NCBI RefSeq assembly: GCF_001194135.2
Contig: NC_068990.1
Coordinates: 66,544,928-66,608,927, forward strand
Direction: 5' to 3'
DNA from: Octopus bimaculoides
Taxonomy: Eukaryota
Length of the DNA: 64,000 nt
Position 1 is the first letter of the stretch, and each line of letters opens with the position of its first letter. The notes under the pieces were generated by a model that saw nothing but the letters and a program-made list of their open reading frames with translations, was not told the origin of the DNA and did not search any database. Below are positions 1-12,990 of this stretch, in pieces. Made by a program: the position numbers and the translations under genes.

Positions 1-240
1 TGCATGTGTGTGTGTGTGTGTTTGTACGCGGATGTCTGTATATATTGTGGTGTTTTGTTTATAGGTACATACAGATATACATGTGTGTGTGTGTGTATAT
101 ACTTGTTATATATATATATATATGGACACACATAAACATATACACAAACTAATGCAAACCCATATGCAGGCAGACAGGGAGGGAGANNNNNNNNNNATAT
201 GCAGGCAGACAGGGAGGGAGATACAGAGAAAGAGATAGAG

Positions 241-296
<56 letters not shown>

Positions 297-509
297 TGAG
301 AGAGAGAAACAGGCAGGCAGACAGACAGGCGGAGAGAGACAGCGAGAGAGAGAGGGAGGATTGATCTATGAAAAATCGAAAGAATGTGTTTGAAAAGATA
401 TTGTATATATAGACAATAGACCTGTAGATATATAGTCATACAACTATACAACTCTAAAATCAATGCTAGCCACCAAAGAGTAGTCTAGATTTCCAAATAA
501 CCCATATTA

Positions 510-730
510 ATTTTAGCTAAAGATGTTTCTTCGACTCAACCATTGATTTCCGTTAACTTGTACACCAATGTTTTTCTTTCTTCTGTCACAATAGAACTGC
601 AATTCAACATAATACAATTTTGCAAAGATTTTAGCCCGATAATACCATTTCTGTCTGCCGATAAGTAGATATATAGTTTTGTCTTTTTGTTTCTTTAAAT
701 AATTTTTGGCGGAGTTTGGAGTTGCCACCT
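510..730 (-). mobile_element. Highly degenerate possible R4/Dong-like LINE fragment (post-RT region)
   Basis: Minus translations PNSAK..IYL..GRQ and GIIGLKSLQNCI loosely resemble the HPKSDVDRLYL.R..GGRGLI motif seen more clearly at 1680-1740. Confidence 0.25.
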
Positions 731-799
731 TCGTTGCAACGTTGAAGTATAATTGTTAGTTTTCTCTGTCTATAGAAAAAAAAATCATGTAGGTCACCA

Positions 800-1125
800 A
801 GCCAATTCTACTTAAATATCAATATGTGGCACGTCGACATTCCTTCTGTCTCATTATGTTCGGAGCTCAAATCCCACCGAGGTTAACTTTCCCTTTCGTT
901 ATTTCGGGATCGATAAAATATGTACCAACTAAATTTTGGTGTCGATGTAATCAGCTGTAATCACACTCCACTTCTAAATTTCAATCCATGTTCTATAACA
1001 GAAAGGTTTATTATTATTATCATAATAATAATTATTATTATTGAGGAAGTCAACTGTCAAAATCGCTAGGACGTCGAGTAAAATGTGTAGCGGCATTTCT
1101 TCCGTCTTTATATTCTTAGTTCAAT
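800..1125 (+). mobile_element. Two degenerate tandem copies of tRNA-derived SINE family A (one partial-to-3' copy with ATT tail, then a 5' half)
   Basis: gagctcaaatcccaccgaggttaactttccctttc...gtcgatgtaatc matches the better copies at 8797/25842/62001; ATT tract at about 1008-1042; second head at 1045-1125. Confidence 0.65.
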
Positions 1126-1126
1126 T

Positions 1127-2110
1127 AGTGAGTAGCATCGGATTGTAAAATCTTATATTCATTATTCTCAGTGACACCTTCTGATTTATTTTCGTGCCGT
1201 TTCCGTATTCATTCAGGCGAACAAATTTATCCACATTATCGTGCCTCTTTTTGTATTCCTTTTCAGCCAGTTTGCTACACTCACAATATGTGAGATTGTT
1301 TCGTTTTTGTTGCCACACATCCTACAAGGCGTCGATTCACTGCTCTTATCTATTTGGGACTTGGTGTAAGTTCTTAGAGGCTGCTCCTGGGCACTGCAAT
1401 CAATGCCTCAGTGCATTCTTTCAGATCACTTTTCCTTAACCTCCATGTATTGGCCTTGTCTTCTCCTTCGATTTCTCTGAGGTATTACCCATGCAGAGTT
1501 TTCATTTTCCAGTTGTTTAATCTTTGTTCTCCATCTTGCTTCCTAAATGATTTTGGATGTTTCACATTTTCAGTAGGTATCATGTTGCTATTTCTAACGG
1601 CGACAAAGGTTCAATATGCTGATTAAGGTACCACCCCAGACTGTTTTCCTCATTAACAACACAGATTCTGCATCCTATGAGGCCTCTTCTTCCCTTTTAT
1701 CTGCCGATATCGCGTTTAGGGTACAGTTTCTTGTCCATTGTCATCACTTTCCTGCTTTTCTGTCAATTTCCTGAAGCTCATTCTTTGTCCACCTGACAAC
1801 ATCTGCACCGTATCGCATTAAGAAAATAACCCATGTGTTCATTGCTCTGATTTTGTTCTTTCCATTGAGTCTACTGTCCATAATTAATTTGGTTCTTCTG
1901 AGGTATTCTCGTCCAAAGCTTTCCTTCACCTCACTCTCCTTGATTTTGTCATACGCCAAAACACCATATACTTATATCCATCCATCTCAACAATTTTGAT
2001 TCTCCCACTGATTCATCAGACGACATTACTTTGCTTTTTTGATGATAAGCATTCCACACTTTTTAATTTTAAATTCCATCCCAATATCCTTACTGAAAAT
2101 CTGCACTGTT
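1127..2110 (-). mobile_element. R4/Dong-clade non-LTR retrotransposon fragment (RT C-terminus to CCHC/RHD region), frameshifted
   Basis: Minus-strand peptides DGYKY.., EYLRRTKLIMDSRLNGKNKIRAMNTW, RRGLIGCRICVVNEENSLGWY and CSKLAEKEYKKRHDNV are typical of REL-endonuclease R4/Dong/Rex6 ORFs. Confidence 0.8.
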
Positions 2111-2134
2111 AAAACCAGTCATTTCTGATGTACT

Positions 2135-2300
2135 AGCGTCATTTCTTAGCGCTCTTTGCGTCCTGAGTTCAAGTCCCACCCATGCCTTCCTTTCTCTGGG
2201 AGGTGATAAAGTAAGTGTCAGTTGAGTACTGGGGTTGATGTAAATGACTTCTCAGTCCCCCCAAAATTGCTGATCATGTGCTAAAAGTTGGAACGAATAG
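2135..2300 (+). mobile_element. SINE family A, degenerate partial copy
   Basis: ctgagttcaagtcccacc B-box and gttgagtactggggttgatgtaaatgac core. Confidence 0.6.
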
Positions 2301-2519
2301 GTGAAATAAACACGAGATGATTTGCCTGATGCAGAAACTACAGGAGCTACACAGGATTTTTAATCTCTTCCAAACTACAATCAGAGGAAACACTTCTGTA
2401 AAGTCAGCAGGTAACTCAGAGTCACAAGCGTTTCACCCCTTAGCTTACACGCTTCAGATGAGTGGAACAGCGAGGACTGAACTAGTCTCACTTGCTGAAG
2501 GGCTACTGTTGGGGTCACT

Positions 2520-2715
2520 AAACGAATTCTGCCGATGTCGACTTTGGCTATCCTCCTTCTGGGATCAATAAAATAAGTACCAGCTGGGCACTAGGGTAGG
2601 CGTAATCGACTAGCTCCCTTCACCCAAATCACAGGCCTTGTGCTTATAGTAGAAAGAATTATGATAATTATAATTAAAGCGGCAAGCTGGCAAAAATCAT
2701 TAACACTCACGACAT
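2520..2715 (+). mobile_element. SINE family A 3' part followed by the 5' head of another copy
   Basis: aattctgccgatgtcgactttggc...ggccttgtgcttatagtagaaagaattat, then aaagcggcaagctggcaaaaatcattaacac. Confidence 0.7.
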
Positions 2716-2764
2716 TGCAAGACTTATAGCAAAATTTAAAACAATTATTATTAATTAATGTATG

Positions 2765-2925
2765 AAAGAAATCAACATCATCGCCATCATTATCATCATC
2801 CTCGTCCTTATCATCATCATAATTATCGTCATCATCTTTATCATCATTATTGTGATCATCATTAGCGTCACAGCCATCATCATCAGTAGCAGCAGCACCA
2901 TCACTATGATCATTTTCATGATCTC
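2765..2925. repeat. Degenerate (ATC)n/(AGC)n microsatellite
   Basis: Imperfect atc/cat triplet runs. Confidence 0.85.
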
Positions 2926-3239
2926 TGCGAAAGAGGTGAGAAAACAAAAACTAATCTCATCCTTTTATTAAAAACACGACGCTTTTCTCTCTTCACTACC
3001 ACACATTCAACACTTGCTGTTACTCTTCTTAGTCTATCCATGATTTAATATGATCCGTTCTCCCATTCATTTGCTAATACGTCGCATGTATCCAGGCTCC
3101 ATATAGAGACTTTATAGCAAGCCGTCTATGCTTCGACCAAGCTTATTGTTTTTTCTTCTAGCTTTTGTTAGACAAATCTAACCAAGAAACAATTCTTCCT
3201 ACTTTTCTTTTTCTCTTTTTTAATTTTATTTCTAATATT

Positions 3240-3600
3240 TTCGACTTTCATTCACCTTTATTGATCATCCTGGCTGTATGCCTGCTTATATAAATCTGAT
3301 TTGATTTATATTTCCTAGCAAAACATGAGGCTGTTAACAGCCCTAAATATATTAACCGCATTGATTTCGCTTTTTTCATACTGTATGAATTCAACTGCGC
3401 GATCTTTCCGGATCCTATCCGTGGCTGCCTGTTGTCTGCGTTCAACCCTAGGTATTTGAATGTCCTGTCTTGATCTAACTCCATGATTACGGTAACGATG
3501 TCAAGGTCTGTGCCTGTCTGCATGGTCAGTTTTCCTTCTTTGGGGATGGGTTCAGTAAACTCTTCAATTTCGACCTTCATTTTGATCGTGTAGTTGAAGA
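3240..3600 (-). mobile_element. R4/Dong-like RT fragment (KYLG region)
   Basis: ORF 3248..3607 contains GKLTMQTGTDLDIVTVIMELDQDRTFKYLG, like the RT domain 6-7 end of R4-clade elements. Confidence 0.55.
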
Positions 3601-3666
3601 TATTCACCTCCTAATAAACATTGGCGAGCGTCAATGTAAAACGGATGGCTCAGCACACCATTTTGT

Positions 3667-3687
3667 AATATATATAGATATATATAT

Positions 3688-3771
<84 letters not shown>

Positions 3772-3780
3772 GGTGTGTGT
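3667..3780. repeat. (TA)n-(TG)n microsatellite
   Basis: Direct dinucleotide array. Confidence 0.95.
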
Positions 3781-5468
3781 TTGTACGTGAATGTATGTAT
3801 ATTTGTGGTGTTTTGTTTATAGGTACATACAGATATGCAGGCTGATTTTTTTATAGATAGCTGCGTGTAGATAAAGGAAGACAGTAGGGTAGCAATGACT
3901 GAATTCTCACGAAAGATTCCGCTTCTTAGTGTTATCAAACTCGATGTTAACGAACAATATGTATAATGGAACTTCAGGAAAATCTCCGTGATTAATTATT
4001 TAGTTGCTAGATAACCCATGTAAATCTTGACTCTTTTCTTGAAGTTATCCTCTATTGTTGAAAAGTTCATTTTATTTGAATTCATCATGTCCACGTCTGT
4101 TAGATTCCGGTTGTTTATGAGGTAGCAGATGAAATTGGAGTTGTTTTTGGCATCTAGTTTCAACCCGTCTGTGAAATGTTGTTTTATTAAATGTAGGGAC
4201 GCTGACCTTACTGTCAGATATAGTAAATCAACGATGAATGTTGCCACGACATCCTTATAAAAATCTACAGACCATTCCTGTATTGATCGTTTTGTCGAAT
4301 TTCCTGTTGTACATAAAAGGACTGTCCGCGATTTGGTATTACTCTAGTAATTGATGGGTAGAGCTTGATCCAACAGCCAAATTATTTTTATTACAGTCTA
4401 ACTATTCAAACATTCATTGCAAGTTTGTGCTATACTAACAGTTGCATTTCTGAAATTTTGCAATTAGTGCAGTATTGTCATTTGGCTCAGATGATGTACA
4501 ATATTATTTTTACATTTTGCGTTGTTTCGTATATGCTGCAGGTGACGTGTTATACGTTTTCGTACGACGGTAAAGATTATGTAATATATATGTTGCGTAA
4601 GTTACATGGGGTTTTAGCCTTAGGCTGGTAATGACCAAGTAGTTCTAATTACCAAAGCGTACCAACCATTACCTATATTTTTTATCCATTAAAAAAAAAT
4701 GGTAGATCATTCTCTTAATGTAACGGCAGCAAAATCGTTACTTAGAACTCGACTCTAACTTTTTCTACTTATATTTCTCTTTCGACGTGTTGCGTTCAAA
4801 CGGAATCTTTCTTCATCGATAATATGAACACCAGACATATAATAATATTGCTTGAATATACTATATGCTAAGCTAGTAACGGAATTAGCTTTATTTCATT
4901 AAGAATAACTTGGTTTAGATACCTAGATCAATTATTAATAGTCTACTGTCGTTTTTACTATAAAATTACGTTATGTCTTTCGCATTTCAGTTCAAGATAG
5001 GTATCATTTTCCTTAGCATGTTACGTATTGAATATGCTCAAAAGAAACTTTTCTTAACACACAAACAAACATAACGCCCATACCTCCTACACATACACAT
5101 ATATACACACACATATACGTACACATTTACACACATGATTCATATCTTTTTTATTATTATCTTGAGAGTATAGAGACTATGAAATCTACTCCAATAGTTG
5201 ATTGATACAGAACTCATCAACCTCATAGGTATTTGAGAGTTAAGAAGAACGTGTCTGTGTGTGAGTTCGCACGTACGAGTGAGGTACATATGTTTATAGC
5301 GCGTATGCATTTATTCACACTCACACACACACACACACACACACACACTCTCACACACACACACGCACGCACAAACACACACAGGTATGTTGAGGCAAAC
5401 TGGAGAAATAGTAGTCAAAATGAGTATACGTATATTTTTTTTAATATTTAGCAGATCTAAGCTCTGAG

Positions 5469-5530
<62 letters not shown>

Positions 5531-5600
5531 GTGTGTGTGTATGTTCATATATATATATGAACATATATACATATATATATGTGCATGTATGCGTATGTAT
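5469..5600. repeat. (TA)n/(TG)n microsatellite
   Basis: Direct dinucleotide array. Confidence 0.95.
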
Positions 5601-6117
5601 ATATAAAATACAAAAATGGGACAAGAAAGCAAAACATCCAGACAGGTGATACAAAAGGGTACAACAAAATATCCAGACAGACGATACAAGGAAAACAAGA
5701 ACAGGTCATTCGGAGTTTTCTATCCTCAGTCGAGTTCCAGATAATCTTTGCAATTTCGGCTGGTTATACCCGAGATTGCTCCAATCTGCCCAGCCCCAAG
5801 AAAAAAATTAAGCTAAGAGCATTAGATTCCTTGAAAGAAAGAAACGAATTTATACGTAAACAAGAACGAAAAAAAATAACAGAGAAATGTTACACAAATA
5901 CAAATGCAATTAACTGGACATAACAACAGATGTCTTTCGACTAAGGACGAATTAAATTAAGCGGGCATGTGTGGAATTAGAGCCATACGGCAGGGACATA
6001 AGATTTAACAGGCGCAGGAAGGTATACAGATTTTGCACGGATGGTAGCCGAACCAAGAAAGAAGGTCAGGCCTAACCGAACACCGGTCACGTGGGGAGAG
6101 AAGACGGAGAGGTATGC

Positions 6118-6151
<34 letters not shown>

Positions 6152-7163
6152 TATCTTAATAATTACGATGCGCACACTTCTACTATCTCTTCTCTGTCTA
6201 TCTCTCTCCCTCTCTTGTTCCTCATCCTTTCTGTTTTCTCTCCCACCCTTTCCCTATTCTTTTCTCCCTTTCACCGTTCCCTCTCTCTCTCTCACTCTTC
6301 CTCCCTGACTCTCTCGTCGCTGACACGTAACGAAAGGGGATCTCTCTTTCTGACCACTTACCTCCTAAAGAAAAGACGTGCCTTTTCCTGTCTTCTCTCA
6401 TGGCTCGTCTATTTAGCATTCATAATAACTTTTCTGTTGTCTTGGCTCAACGGCCCTTACCGTTTGTTTTTACTGTCTTGTTCTCACTGTCCTGTTCTTG
6501 TTAACACTATCACCCGCCGCAAAAAATCCCAAATTTTATTTATTTAATTTGCTTTGCGGGAATGTCTGTTTCAACGAAGTTTCGTATGGTCCTTGCCTTC
6601 GAAACGCGGAGTAGATGAAACAGAGATAACTGACAAAGGGGTATACTCTTTATGCTGCATGTCTCGTTTCTCTGTTTGTTTTTTTCGTTGTTCGAAAAAA
6701 AGTTCGTTTTCTATGCTTTCGTTTTTATGTTTTCGTTTCTCATCGTGTTCAGCATTTTTTTTTATGTCCTGTACCCATATATACATGTATATATACATAT
6801 ATATCTAGGTATGTACATATATGTATGGATATATGCATATATTTATATATTATTTATATTATTATATATATACACACAAACACACACGCACACTTACGCG
6901 TTATAAGCACATCCACCCTCACACGTACGCGCGAATTCACGCTAGTTCTTCTTAACTCTCTGACTCCTATAGGGTTAATGAGTTCTGTAAAAATCAACTG
7001 TTGCAGTACACTTAATTATTTGTGCAATCGCCAAATATAAAAAGAGTGATATAATCCTTGTGTCTATGTTTTAGGAGTCCGTATTAGCCTTCCATTGAAT
7101 GTTGTCACATCAATTTGAAGAGATTTTTTTAGAATGATATTTTATTGTTTGCTACGTTCAAGT

Positions 7164-7287
7164 TACATCTTCATATCATCATCATCATCGTCGTCGTCGT
7201 CGTCGTCACCGTCGTCACCGTCGCCGTCGTGGTCGCCGCCGTGGTCGTCGTTGTCATCGTTGTCGTCTTCGTCTTCGTCTTCGTCGT
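7164..7287. repeat. Compound (ATC)n-(GTC)n-(TTCGTC)n microsatellite
   Basis: Direct triplet arrays. Confidence 0.9.
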
Positions 7288-7384
7288 CAGCAGGAGAAGC
7301 AGACCACTCTCTATATATTGGTTGATGAATTCTCCATAATCATCTGAGTCATGAAATAATGAATATTTTGATAATGTTTATCTT

Positions 7385-7730
7385 TCATTTTAAAAACTTT
7401 TTTCAGTCTCTTACTGCGGCCAGCCAGGGACACTGCATTGAAGGGTTTTAATCGAAAAAAGAAAACAACCTCAGTCAGTGTTTATGCTTCTTTTTCTTCA
7501 TAAAAAACATCAGGTACTTACTCTATCGAACTCTTTTACCATCAACGAAATTATGGGGACATAACGGAATCTACGTCGGTTACCAAGTGATGATGGGGTG
7601 ACGGAACTAGACACAAAGACATATACATTCATGCATATACATGTGTGCGTGTGTATATACGACGGGTTTCCACACAGTTTCAGTTTGCTTAATTCACTCC
7701 TCAGGCATTGGTCATCCCTGGGCTATATTA
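7385..7730 (-). mobile_element. Composite SINE family B/C (partial head, internal microsatellite, tail)
   Basis: Reverse complement has the ggccgcagtaagagactgaaa tail and the cgtcgtatatac junction shared with the 7745, 25327 and 48613 copies. Confidence 0.6.
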
Positions 7731-7744
7731 CCTTTTATCGTTAT

Positions 7745-8097
7745 CTTTTCCTTCTTTCAGACATTAGATTGTAGTCATACTGGGGCACAGCCTTCAAGAA
7801 TGAATCAATTGTAATACATTTTTGAAGCCTCGTACTCATCCTATCGGCCTCTCTTACCGAACCGCTAAGTTAAATGACGTAAACGCACCAAGACCGGTTG
7901 TCCCACACACACACACATACATACATACATACATACATTCGACGAACGTTTTTCAGTTTCCGTCTACCAAATCTACTGACATGGTTTTGGTTGACCTGAG
8001 GCTATAGTAGAGAGCACTTGCCAAATATCCCACGCAGTGGAACTAAACCTAAAATCACCTGCTTGGGAAGTAAACTTCCTACCACACAACTAGGCCT
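7745..8097 (-). mobile_element. Composite SINE family B/C, near full length with internal (ACAT)n
   Basis: Head: cagtttccgtctaccaaatc...tatagtagagagcacttgcc...cacgcagtggaactaaacc; tail: tactggggcacagcc. Confidence 0.75.
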
Positions 8098-8711
8098 AAA
8101 ATTAGGCCAGGAAGCCTCTACAGATAATCGAACACTATGGCTCTAAAATTCCGGATGAGCACTCTGTACCATTAAGCTAAGGGATATCTGACCTAACGGA
8201 TACCTGACAATGTGACTCAACCCAATATCGCATAGTAGCAAGCGAGCATTTTAACCACGTAGCTAGCCACGTCTATGCTTCTGTGAATTCTCTTTCACTT
8301 TTTCTTCTACTGGCCAGTTTGATCTTAATCGATAGATGAAAAAAATGCGAACAGTCATATAAGAAAACGATAACAGGAAATACCAACGTCTTGAAATACA
8401 TATCGGTTATTTATTTTGTTTAATTATATGCATCAATTTATTTACATATTTCCAATGTCCGAAAGTTTGGTAAATCTATATTACATGAATAAATCAGTTT
8501 GTTTATATTCTTTTTTCTCTATAATAAGTGAGAGAAGTTCATTTGTTATATTCTATTTATATATTCTGTCTCTTTTCGTCATATAATACTATCTCGCTAA
8601 TGAGGTATTTGTCAATCATTCGACAGGACTTGACAATAAATAGTTGGCGCTTTTCCAATTAGATATCAGATTATGCAATAGTTTGTTTAGGGAAATTAGC
8701 GAGTATCTCTC

Positions 8712-8734
8712 TGTTGTTGTCGTTGTTGTTGTTG

Positions 8735-8793
<59 letters not shown>
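8712..8793. repeat. (GTT)n-(ATT)n microsatellite
   Basis: Direct triplet array immediately 5' of a SINE. Confidence 0.95.
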
Positions 8794-8796
8794 GAA

Positions 8797-9040
8797 GGTG
8801 GCGAGCTGGCAGAATCGTTAGCGCGCTGGACAAAGTGCTTAGCTGCATTTCGCCCGTTACTACGTTCTGAGTTCAAATTCCACCGAGGTCGACTTTGTCT
8901 TCCATCCTTTCAGAGTCGATAAATTAAGTACCAGTTGATACTGGAGTCGATATAACTGACTTACCACTCCCCTAAATTTCAGGCGTTGTGCCTATAGTAG
9001 GAAAGATTATTATTATTATTATCATTATTATTACTATTCT
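8797..9040 (+). mobile_element. tRNA-derived SINE family A, full length with (ATT)n tail
   Basis: A-box-like tggcagaatcgttag, B-box gagttcaaattcc, and a core shared by more than 8 copies in the window. Confidence 0.9.
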
Positions 9041-9278
9041 GTCGTGACACAGTGTAGATAAAAATGCGCCGGAGTCTTTAGTCATCGGTCAAGTCACAAC
9101 AAGGACTTCAGACAGATACTACTTTCCTTAAGATGTGCCCTGTGCCCGATAAGACTGCTTTTTGCAAGAAGACTGCTTTATGCCTTAAGAAGTCTTGAAG
9201 TTTCAATGAGATTCAGCCCAACACTAAGATCCCCACTGGTATCACTTTTACATTTCCCTCCCGCATTCCATACAGTAT
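9041..9278 (-). mobile_element. R4/Dong-like LINE extreme 3' end (second family)
   Basis: Minus strand KVIPVGILVLG ... LQKAVLSGTGHILRKVVSV*, then a short UTR and (AAT)n. Confidence 0.75.
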
Positions 9279-9415
<137 letters not shown>

Positions 9416-10444
9416 TCATTATATGTTTAACTTTTACTTTGTATTTGTACAAGTTGACTCCAAGTCTCACCAAGAAACCTCAAGAGACAACAAGTTAGAA
9501 GTTCATGTTGATGTTATGGCCTAGGGTGACATATATTTGGTTTTGTACATAGTATTGTTCTAGAGAATGTTTAAGAAGCCATAAGAAAATTATGAGTTTG
9601 TTTTAAAAGTTGAGATTACATAGACAGTATTTTACGTAGGATATGGGCAGTTCCCATGAGCACTATCTTTTGAACTTCAGCCATTTTGGGGTTTCCTGGT
9701 ATCTGAGCTAGGTAGCAATCAACCCCTTTTGCTATCATCCCCAGGGCACCTATGACAACAGGTATTACTTTAGTCTTCAGGTTCCACATTTTGCCAATTT
9801 CTGTTTCAAGATCTTTACACTTGCTTAGTGTTTGGTAGGTCTTGAAACATCGATTGGGGCAGTCGTATCAATGAGGAGGCATGATTTTTGTCTGAAGTCT
9901 TCTATTATAATGTCTGGCCTATTTGCATCTATCTTTCTACCAGTTTGATGGTTAAGTTCCAGAGGAGTGAGAAGTGATCATTCCCAAGTACTGGAGGTTG
10001 TTTGGGTTTGCACCGGTTTTTATTATGGTACAGGTCCAATATCGGCAGCTCTATCATAGCTGTTGAGATACTCTGTAGGCGCAAGAAATTGCACATGGAG
10101 ACAAAATGATCAATGGTTTCATTTTGTTGTTGAAATACATGACATGTTGGGCAGCTAGCGTTCTTTAATATGTTGGCCTTGTAGTTTCTTGTAGGTAGGC
10201 ATTGATCTTGGATTTCTATGATAAACCCTCCTGTTTCTGATTTTAAGCAAGAAGCTATTTGCCATTGAAGGTTAAGGGCTTTGTCAACATCGGAATTATT
10301 ATCTCTCTTTGGGTATTTGCCATTGTGAGGTTTTTCTTGCCACTTATCAGTAAGAATATATACGGCAGCAATTTTAGCACGGGTTTTCATACACTTAGCT
10401 TTTTCTCTGCTTGTTTCTAGTACGTCAAATTCTGGAATTTGCAT
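9416..10444 (-). mobile_element. R4/Dong-clade non-LTR retrotransposon, 5'-truncated, with CCHC finger, REL (PD-D/ExK) endonuclease, 3' UTR and (TAA)n tail
   Basis: WQEKPHNGKYP, QDQCLPTRNY, CHVFQQQNETIDHFVSMC, RKIDANRPDIII, KDLETEIGKMWNLKTKVIPVVIGALG, VQKIVLMGTAHILRKILSM*. Confidence 0.9.
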
Positions 10445-11590
10445 TTGGAATTCACTTATATATTCCTTTGCCTGTTTTGATACTGAGTATGATGCTTTCT
10501 TGTTTTCATGTGGTTCTAATGGTTTTAGAGATTACTTCAATGGAAAGAGAGGAGAAAGAAAAACGAGAGAGAAAAGAGGATAGGGCAAAGATTGAGGCAG
10601 AAAGAGGGATAAAGAAAAAGATTGAGAGAGAAACAGAGGGAGTGAGATGCGTCCATGACTGGGATAGGTGGAATATAATATTTATTACGTGCTTAAAAAA
10701 GTTAGTTGAGGAAAAGCTATAGAGAGAGTTCGAAATTTTAGCAGAGGGGTGATGTTCTGATGGTGGTAGTGTTGGAGATGGAAGTAGTTGAGGTTGCGGT
10801 GGTGTTTGGATAGTGAAAAGGATATTATCTTTTAATTGAACTAAATATTTTTATATCACCTATCACTTAACGCATGCGCAGAAGCGCATTCCCTGAAATA
10901 TACACGCTTAATTACGTGGAAGATATATGCAATTTAACTAAAAGTTGTATCAATTGCACGGGATATGTTTTTGCTTGTTTATGGGGAAAATTGAAAAATA
11001 AGAGTGAATAATTATTTTATGAGCGCTGTGTATTAAGTCAATAATATTGTACATAAAGTGTATATATAAAGTACATTAAGTAATCATCGTATTCCAATTT
11101 CTTTTACTTTTCAATGTGTAGCAGATAAGTGACTATCTTTCTGTACAGAAACAACACAAGCTATGCTTTCAGGCATTTTGGATACAATTTTCAGAAATGG
11201 CCCAATACGTTTACCATTAATTCCATGAAATATTCACTGGTCCCACTAGTATCAATTAACAGTCATGCTTTTGTCTTAGGTCTTTGATGACGATGTGTGG
11301 TCTGATATCATTTGTCTGTCTGTCTCTATGTATGTTTGTATGTATGTATATATGTATCTCATAATTCCATACGATGGTAGCACTCTCTCCCTCAGTGATT
11401 GGCTCTGGGTGGTGTTCCTACTAGTTCTTAGGGTGCGATATATCATTGTGACGGCATATACTCTAGTGCCAGTATTGACCAACTCTAATATGCTTAGGTT
11501 TCTATTCTGTAGTAGCAAGGACTGAGCAACCAGCAACAATGTTGTGGTTTTTAACAAATATAACAATTTATTTTATAATAGCTATAAAAA

Positions 11591-11820
11591 GTCGTCGAGC
11601 TGGCAGAATCATTAGCACACCGGACGAAAGACTTAGCGGCATTGCGTCCATCTTTATGTTCTAAGTTCAAATTCCACCGAGGTCAACTTTGCCTTTCATC
11701 TTTCCAAGGTCGATGAAATAAGTACCACTTACGCACTGGGGTCGATGTAATTGACTTGCCCTATCTCACAAAATTTCCGGCCTTGTGCCTATAGAAGAAA
11801 GGATTGTTATTATTACTATT
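11591..11820 (+). mobile_element. SINE family A, full length
   Basis: gtcgtcgagctggcagaatcattagcac...ggccttgtgcctatagaagaaaggattgttatt. Confidence 0.9.
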
Positions 11821-12159
11821 ATAATTTGTAAAAGTAGTAGTAATGGTAGTAGTAGTAGTAGCATATACAGATATTGTAGACTGGTGATGTCTTCTTGGTC
11901 ACTGGTGCTGTAACAGATACACCATTGAAGCCGAAGTAAAATTTTACTTCGGTGTCAGTAGTGTGTCTGTTATAGCACCAGTGACCCAGAAGACATCACC
12001 AGTCTACAATATTTGTATATGCTGCTGCTGCTACTACTACTACTACTGCTACTAATTATAATAATAATAATCCTTTCTTCAAATATTGTAGACTGGTGAT
12101 GTCTTCTTCTTTGTCACTGGTACTATAACAAATAAACCACTGACGTCGAAGTAAAATTT
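11794..12159. repeat. About 287-bp imperfect palindrome (11794-12080) plus a third direct arm (12081-12159)
   Basis: Centre ccgaagtaaaa|ttttacttcgg at 11941/11942; arms about 90% identical in the unique core by eye. Confidence 0.9.
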
Positions 12160-12990
12160 GTTAGGCAATGCTTTACATAGGCTATTTTTAGCTTTATATA
12201 GTCGAAACCATTGTCAAACTTCTTATAAAAGTTTAGTAAATATGTACTGTTCTGAAATGCATTGAATAATCCTTTTGTTTAATGATAATTTGTGTTTATA
12301 TAGAACAATCCATAAACGCATCAAACAATGTGTGTGCGTATGCGACCGCGTGTACGTGTAATTTCCCACAAGGAAAACTAAACTAGTACATTTGTATAAT
12401 ATATTGAAATGAGCTATGAGCGCTACTTCACTTTTTAACAATCTCGAGACTTTTCTCATCAGTAAATGAGAATCGTGTTTCATGTAAAATTGTTTTCAGA
12501 AGGAGATTATTGATATGTTATTATTTTGTTGCTAGCCCGTACTACTTGCTTTCTTAAAATTGTTCTTTTGGGTAATTTTCGAATACCTATTTTTGGTAGT
12601 GCCATTTCTTAGTGGCATTACACATTTACGCATTTATTATCTCTTATTCATATCACACTTCTTAATGTCTCAAGATTTTTTTGTCTACTTTCTTCAGCAT
12701 TACTTTCGTTTCTCCCTATCATACATGTTACTTTACTGTAATGTAAGAATTGACTAGTTTCACCAGATTTATACAGTTTATGTTTTCGTTTGTCCAGCGG
12801 CTTTCAGTTTTGTGTCGGTAGCATCTTGTATCCATTACAATCCATTCTTTAATAATCCTGCAATTTCAATAGATAAAAGGATATAGTATAGAAAATGCAA
12901 TTCAATTCATTTCCATCAGTTACTACTGGTGCATTGTAAAGTTTTCTACGATGTATTTCAAATGTATGTTAATATCTAATAGGGGGAAAA

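Noticed and set aside
160-221. catatgcaggcagacagggagggaga repeated on both sides of a 10-N gap
   Set aside because: Typical contig-overlap scaffolding artifact.
12770-12870. Minus-strand open frame IIKEWIVMDTRCYRHKTESRWTNENINCINL after a cag acceptor
   Set aside because: No convincing donor, no recognisable family, and opposite to the better-supported exon.
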